A stretch of 38,253 nt of DNA, from UHGV virus genome UHGV-0117864, one strand, 5' to 3'. A model generated the notes under the pieces. It was not told the origin of the DNA. It searched no databases and was given only the letters and a program-made list of their open reading frames with translations. How positions within the stretch are numbered: the first letter of the stretch is position 1; every line of letters starts with the position of its first letter. Source of the stretch: a virus. The translations under genes were made by a program, and so were the position numbers. This document shows positions 34,711 through 38,253 of this stretch, one piece after another.

Positions 34711-34780
34711 ATTTTTTATTATGCTCGAATGATATTACCAGTATCATTCATTAGATCACTGTTGCCAGCAGTGATCTTTT
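34711..34780. repeat. 70-bp direct repeat copy 2 flanking rhuM
   Basis: Offset 1081 from copy 1; two substitutions, both hairpins retained. Confidence 0.95.
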
Positions 34781-34782
34781 AC

Positions 34783-35331
34783 TTAATCTATATTCCTGTT
34801 TTTTCCGTAAAAAATTTTTCCAGCTTCTAAATTTTTTTTATAATAACATCCTTTTGCGTATTTTTTATCACTATGCACGCATTTTTTCGCATCTGAACAT
34901 TTGATGGATAAATCACAACATCCAAAAGTGTGAACGGGTTCATTTTCACAAAGATATAAGTAAGATCTAATAAGTACTGGTTTTAATATTGTTAATGTAT
35001 TTATTAATATATTTTTATCTTTTTCAATATCGATTTGAATAGTTCCGTTATCTAGTAACTTTACATTTTTTGTATTTACTAATTTTAAAATATCACTATA
35101 ATTGTTTGTATTGACAAAAGTAGAACTTGTTACAATAATTCTATATCGATTTTTCATATTGTGATATATTTTAATCCAAAGATTTTTAAATGGTTTATAG
35201 GTAAGTCCAATGATAGTATCTTGTTGTTTTAATTCTTGATATATAAACTCGTTTTCTTTGCAGGCACTTTCTTTTATTATCATTTTTAATATTTCGTTAA
35301 TTTGATTATATAAATCACTATTTATTTCCAC
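34783..35331 (-). CDS. Hypothetical protein with C-terminal Cys/His-rich domain
   Basis: AAGGAG RBS before GTG 35331; FGCC....KCSDAKKCVH......GCYYKKNLEAGKIFYGKNRN. Confidence 0.75.
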   Translation of the reverse strand: MEINSDLYNQINEILKMIIKESACKENEFIYQELKQQDTIIGLTYKPFKNLWIKIYHNMKNRYRIIVTSSTFVNTNNYSDILKLVNTKNVKLLDNGTIQIDIEKDKNILINTLTILKPVLIRSYLYLCENEPVHTFGCCDLSIKCSDAKKCVHSDKKYAKGCYYKKNLEAGKIFYGKNRNID

Positions 35332-35393
35332 TATGTATCTCCTTTGTTTATAATTGATGTAAAATAACAATTTATAAAATAAATGTTATTTTG

Positions 35394-36749
35394 TTATTGA
35401 GCAAATAACTGATTTTCTTTAATAATAATTATGTTTAATTCTTTTGCACGTTTAATTTTTGTTCCATAATTACCGTTTGAATAATGACTAGAACCACCCT
35501 CACCAACTACTAAAAAATTTGTTGACTTTTTAATATTTTTATCAACTATTCCACCTTTAGATATAATGTACTGCATTACTTTATTTTTTGAACCATAAGA
35601 AAAATTTCCACTCAAGCAAAATGTATTATTTTCAAACAGGACTATTTCATTATTTAAATTTTCTATTGGCTCCAGTATAGTTTTGAATGTTTTGGATAAA
35701 TTACTTTTTTCTTCTAGTGTAATAATACCATCTTCTAGAATGGAGTTAATTTCAGTGAATAATAAATCGTAAGGATAATGTCCTTGCAAATAATTATTTT
35801 TGTATAACCAATTTCGTAATTTATAAATCTCAGTATCATTTATGGCTTTATCAGCTTCTATTCCACGAATAAGGCCTTGTAAAAATTGAGTTGCTAGCGT
35901 TTCTTTGCTTGATTTGACATACTGCAAATAGTCTGTAATAACACTATTTAATAGTAAAACTTCATCAGCTGTAATAACATTATCCTCAAGTATTAGATCA
36001 ATCACTTTAATTATATGACTTACAGATTTGTAATGGATAAAATTAAGGTGTTTTTCTTTCCAATTTTTTATATACTCTACTTCTTTTTTGTTAATTATGT
36101 TATCTATCTGTATCCCAGATAAAATTCCATACAATGTATTTAATTCACGCTTAAATTCAATACTAGAGACATAAGGAATAAAATCTTTAATATCGTTTAA
36201 ATCATAATGTTCAATATAATCATTTAAAACAAAATTGTAATTTGATATTAGAGCCTTTAATAATTTAGAGCATGCTCTAGCATCAGCAAAGGCATCGTGA
36301 TTGTTATCAAGAATTATATCAAAATATTTGCACAATGTGGTTAATTTATAATCTTTGACATCAATGGAACTCACAAATTTTCTTGATAATTCATAAGTAT
36401 CAATATAATAAATTTCTGGAATATCTATACTATATCGCTTTAAATTTCTTACCACTGCATTTAAATCTGAACTACAGACATTGTGTCCAACAATGATTGA
36501 TTTAGTGAAATATTCTTCAATACTTGGCCACAAATCTTTAAATGTTTTACAATTTTTAGTTTTTTCATTTGTAATATGATGCACAGCGATACAATTATCA
36601 TCATAGTTATCTTCAGGGTTAACGTATAAATTTAATTCAGGTAATATCGTTTCTCCAGTATCTAAATCTTCGGATATCAATCCTATTTGGCATATACTTT
36701 TATTCTGAGAGTTTGCCCATTCAACATCAATATAAAGAACTTTTCTCAT
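35394..36749 (-). CDS. DEDDh 3'-5' exonuclease + duplicated helical (TerB-like) domain + BRCT
   Basis: IDVEWAN, GHNV..D, HDAFADA; repeats L.G.L.GI..D..IN..E...I..W x2; BRCT FCLSG.F...I...GG......K.T.FLVVG...K...A.EL.I.II.E. Confidence 0.85.
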   Translation of the reverse strand: MRKVLYIDVEWANSQNKSICQIGLISEDLDTGETILPELNLYVNPEDNYDDNCIAVHHITNEKTKNCKTFKDLWPSIEEYFTKSIIVGHNVCSSDLNAVVRNLKRYSIDIPEIYYIDTYELSRKFVSSIDVKDYKLTTLCKYFDIILDNNHDAFADARACSKLLKALISNYNFVLNDYIEHYDLNDIKDFIPYVSSIEFKRELNTLYGILSGIQIDNIINKKEVEYIKNWKEKHLNFIHYKSVSHIIKVIDLILEDNVITADEVLLLNSVITDYLQYVKSSKETLATQFLQGLIRGIEADKAINDTEIYKLRNWLYKNNYLQGHYPYDLLFTEINSILEDGIITLEEKSNLSKTFKTILEPIENLNNEIVLFENNTFCLSGNFSYGSKNKVMQYIISKGGIVDKNIKKSTNFLVVGEGGSSHYSNGNYGTKIKRAKELNIIIIKENQLFAQ

Positions 36750-36795
36750 AAGTATCTTAATACCTCCTGCTAATTTTATGCATAAAATTTATTTA

Positions 36796-37428
36796 TTATA
36801 TTTTCCCTCTTAATTCAACCACTTTTCCGATTATTTGAACAGGTAGGGTGTTTATTTCATCTACGTTATAAAAGATAGGTTCATATGAGTTATTTAATGG
36901 TATAAGCATAATACCATTGTCCATTTTCTTTATTTTTTTTACAGTTGCTTCATTGCCGTTTACTAAAACAATTGCTATTTCGCCGTTTTCAATATTATTC
37001 TGCTTTTTTACAATTACTACGTCGCCTTCTAAAAATCTTGGACTCATAGAATCACCTTTAATCTGCAATCCATAAAATTCGCCAGTACTAGCCAATTTTA
37101 TATCAATTTCTTCATAATCTATTATTTCTTCAATTGCATCGATAGGTATACCAGCAATTACTTTTCCAACGACTGGAATACTAACACCGCGACCACTCAT
37201 ATTTTGATTTTCTATTTTTTCAGTTAGATTCGATTTCCAAATTCCAAGATAATCTGCTAATAATTGTACTTTATCCATTCTGGGGTATTTTTTACCATTT
37301 ACCCAATCTGAAACAGTACTAGAAGTTATATGTAAATCGTTTACAATATCAGATTGCGTTTTATTATGCAAAGATAATTGTTTTTTTAAGTTAGAAGAAA
37401 ATATCTTTTTTTGTTCATCTTTATCCAT
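36796..37428 (-). CDS. cI: CI-like repressor (HTH + S24 LexA-type autopeptidase)
   Basis: HTH TQSDIVNDLHITSSTVSDWVNGK; Ala-Gly site VIAGIP; GDSM; TVKK. Confidence 0.95.
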   Translation of the reverse strand: MDKDEQKKIFSSNLKKQLSLHNKTQSDIVNDLHITSSTVSDWVNGKKYPRMDKVQLLADYLGIWKSNLTEKIENQNMSGRGVSIPVVGKVIAGIPIDAIEEIIDYEEIDIKLASTGEFYGLQIKGDSMSPRFLEGDVVIVKKQNNIENGEIAIVLVNGNEATVKKIKKMDNGIMLIPLNNSYEPIFYNVDEINTLPVQIIGKVVELRGKI

Positions 37429-37458
37429 GTTTTTCAGCTCCTTTCTAGGTATATGGTA

Positions 37459-37538
37459 TCATTTTTAGCGTGTCTAAACAATAAAAACAAGAATTTTTTT
37501 CCGCTTTTAGTTGACACTACGCTGAAAGCGTGTATAAT
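37459..37538. promoter_or_regulatory. Genetic switch: lytic promoter and operators
   Basis: TTGACA(37511)-16bp-TATAAT(37533); palindrome ACGCT-GAA-AGCGT at 37519-37531; variants at 37459 and 37501. Confidence 0.8.
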
Positions 37539-37561
37539 TTTAAGTGTGGAGGTGATATAAA

Positions 37562-37795
37562 TTGCAGCGATTGACTTTAAAAGCATGGCGAGTAAACAGC
37601 GGTTTGACTATAGAAGAAGTTGCAAAAAAATTAGGTAAAACAGTTAGAACTGTGCATAATTGGGAATCTGGCGCTACCATTCCTGATAAAGCTAATCTAT
37701 ATTCATTAGCAAAAATATATCGTACAAATACAGACTTTATTTTTTTGGCTGATAAGCACGCTTTAAGCGAACGAAAGAAAGAATATAAAAAATAG
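37562..37795 (+). CDS. cro: Cro-like HTH regulator
   Basis: TLKAWRVNSGLTIEEVAKKLG.T..TV.NWE.G; divergent from cI; GGAGGTG RBS. Confidence 0.9.
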   Translation: MQRLTLKAWRVNSGLTIEEVAKKLGKTVRTVHNWESGATIPDKANLYSLAKIYRTNTDFIFLADKHALSERKKEYKK

Positions 37796-37826
37796 CATCA
37801 CAAAAAATGATTTAAGGAGATTTTTT

Positions 37827-38253
37827 ATGAATCAATTACAAATTATTGAACATGAAGGAATTAGAGTTTTAACAACTCAGCAGTTAGCAGAAGTTTATGA
37901 AACTTCAACAGTAAACATTAAAATTAATTTTAAAAATAATAAGGATAGATTTGTTGAAGGTAGGGATTTTTATTTATTAAAAGGTAATGAATTAAAAGAG
38001 TTCAAGAACTTGGTAAATGATATTAACCTAGTTGACAAACATACACCTCAATTATACTTATGGACCGAACGTGGGGCAAACCGCCACAGCAAAATCCTTG
38101 ATACTGATCAAGCGTGGAAGCAGTTTGATGTATTAGAGGAAACGTATTTCAAAGTTAGATCTATGTCACCGATGCAAATGTTAAAACTTCAAAATGCTGC
38201 ACTGATGGAAGTGGATGAAAAGGTTGAACATATTGGCAGTCGCGTAACTAATC
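37827..38253 (+). CDS. Antirepressor, N-terminal ORF6N part (continues at position 1)
   Basis: AAGGAG RBS; MNQLQIIEHEGIRVLTTQQLAEVYE...NF..N..RF.EG.DFY.L.G.ELKEF...LLWTERGA.RH.KILDTD.AW..F..LEE.YF. Confidence 0.92.
   Translation, partial: MNQLQIIEHEGIRVLTTQQLAEVYETSTVNIKINFKNNKDRFVEGRDFYLLKGNELKEFKNLVNDINLVDKHTPQLYLWTERGANRHSKILDTDQAWKQFDVLEETYFKVRSMSPMQMLKLQNAALMEVDEKVEHIGSRVTN

Larger units (their letters stand above)
1..38253. mobile_element. Complete temperate siphophage genome, excised/circular form (HK97-type head, cos packaging, long non-contractile tail)
   Basis: All phage modules present with no host housekeeping genes; ORF in frame across the end-start junction; attP intact between the lysis module and integrase. 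Confidence 0.93.

Overview
The window appears to be the complete, circularly permuted 38,253-bp genome of a temperate cos-type siphophage of a low-GC Bacillota host. An ORF6N/ORF6C antirepressor reads in frame across the 38253/1 junction, and an intact attP with a tRNA-3'-like core lies beside the integrase. Modules in order: early/accessory genes (Tad2-like, Xis-like, NUMOD4-HNH, LemA pair); a second Xer/Cre-type recombinase, adenine methyltransferase, GIY-YIG nuclease, replication initiator and DnaB helicase; ArpU/RinA late activator; HNH-cos-terminase; HK97-type head; tail; holin/amidase; a type I TA-like cassette; attP/integrase; lysogenic cargo (RhuM, Cys-rich protein, DEDDh-BRCT); and the cI/cro switch. 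Three observations stand out. (1) Two 96-bp direct repeats, each with a covarying palindrome and a loxP-like 9-8-9 core with different spacers, bracket a 5,290-bp recombinase plus replication cassette, suggesting natural cassette exchange. (2) A promoter-to-terminator three-hairpin small RNA antisense to the integrase leader has a loop region exactly complementary (14/14) to a duplicated site upstream of the Xis-like gene. (3) Part of that RNA is duplicated around the rhuM cargo gene. All product calls come from motif recognition by eye; no database searches were run.
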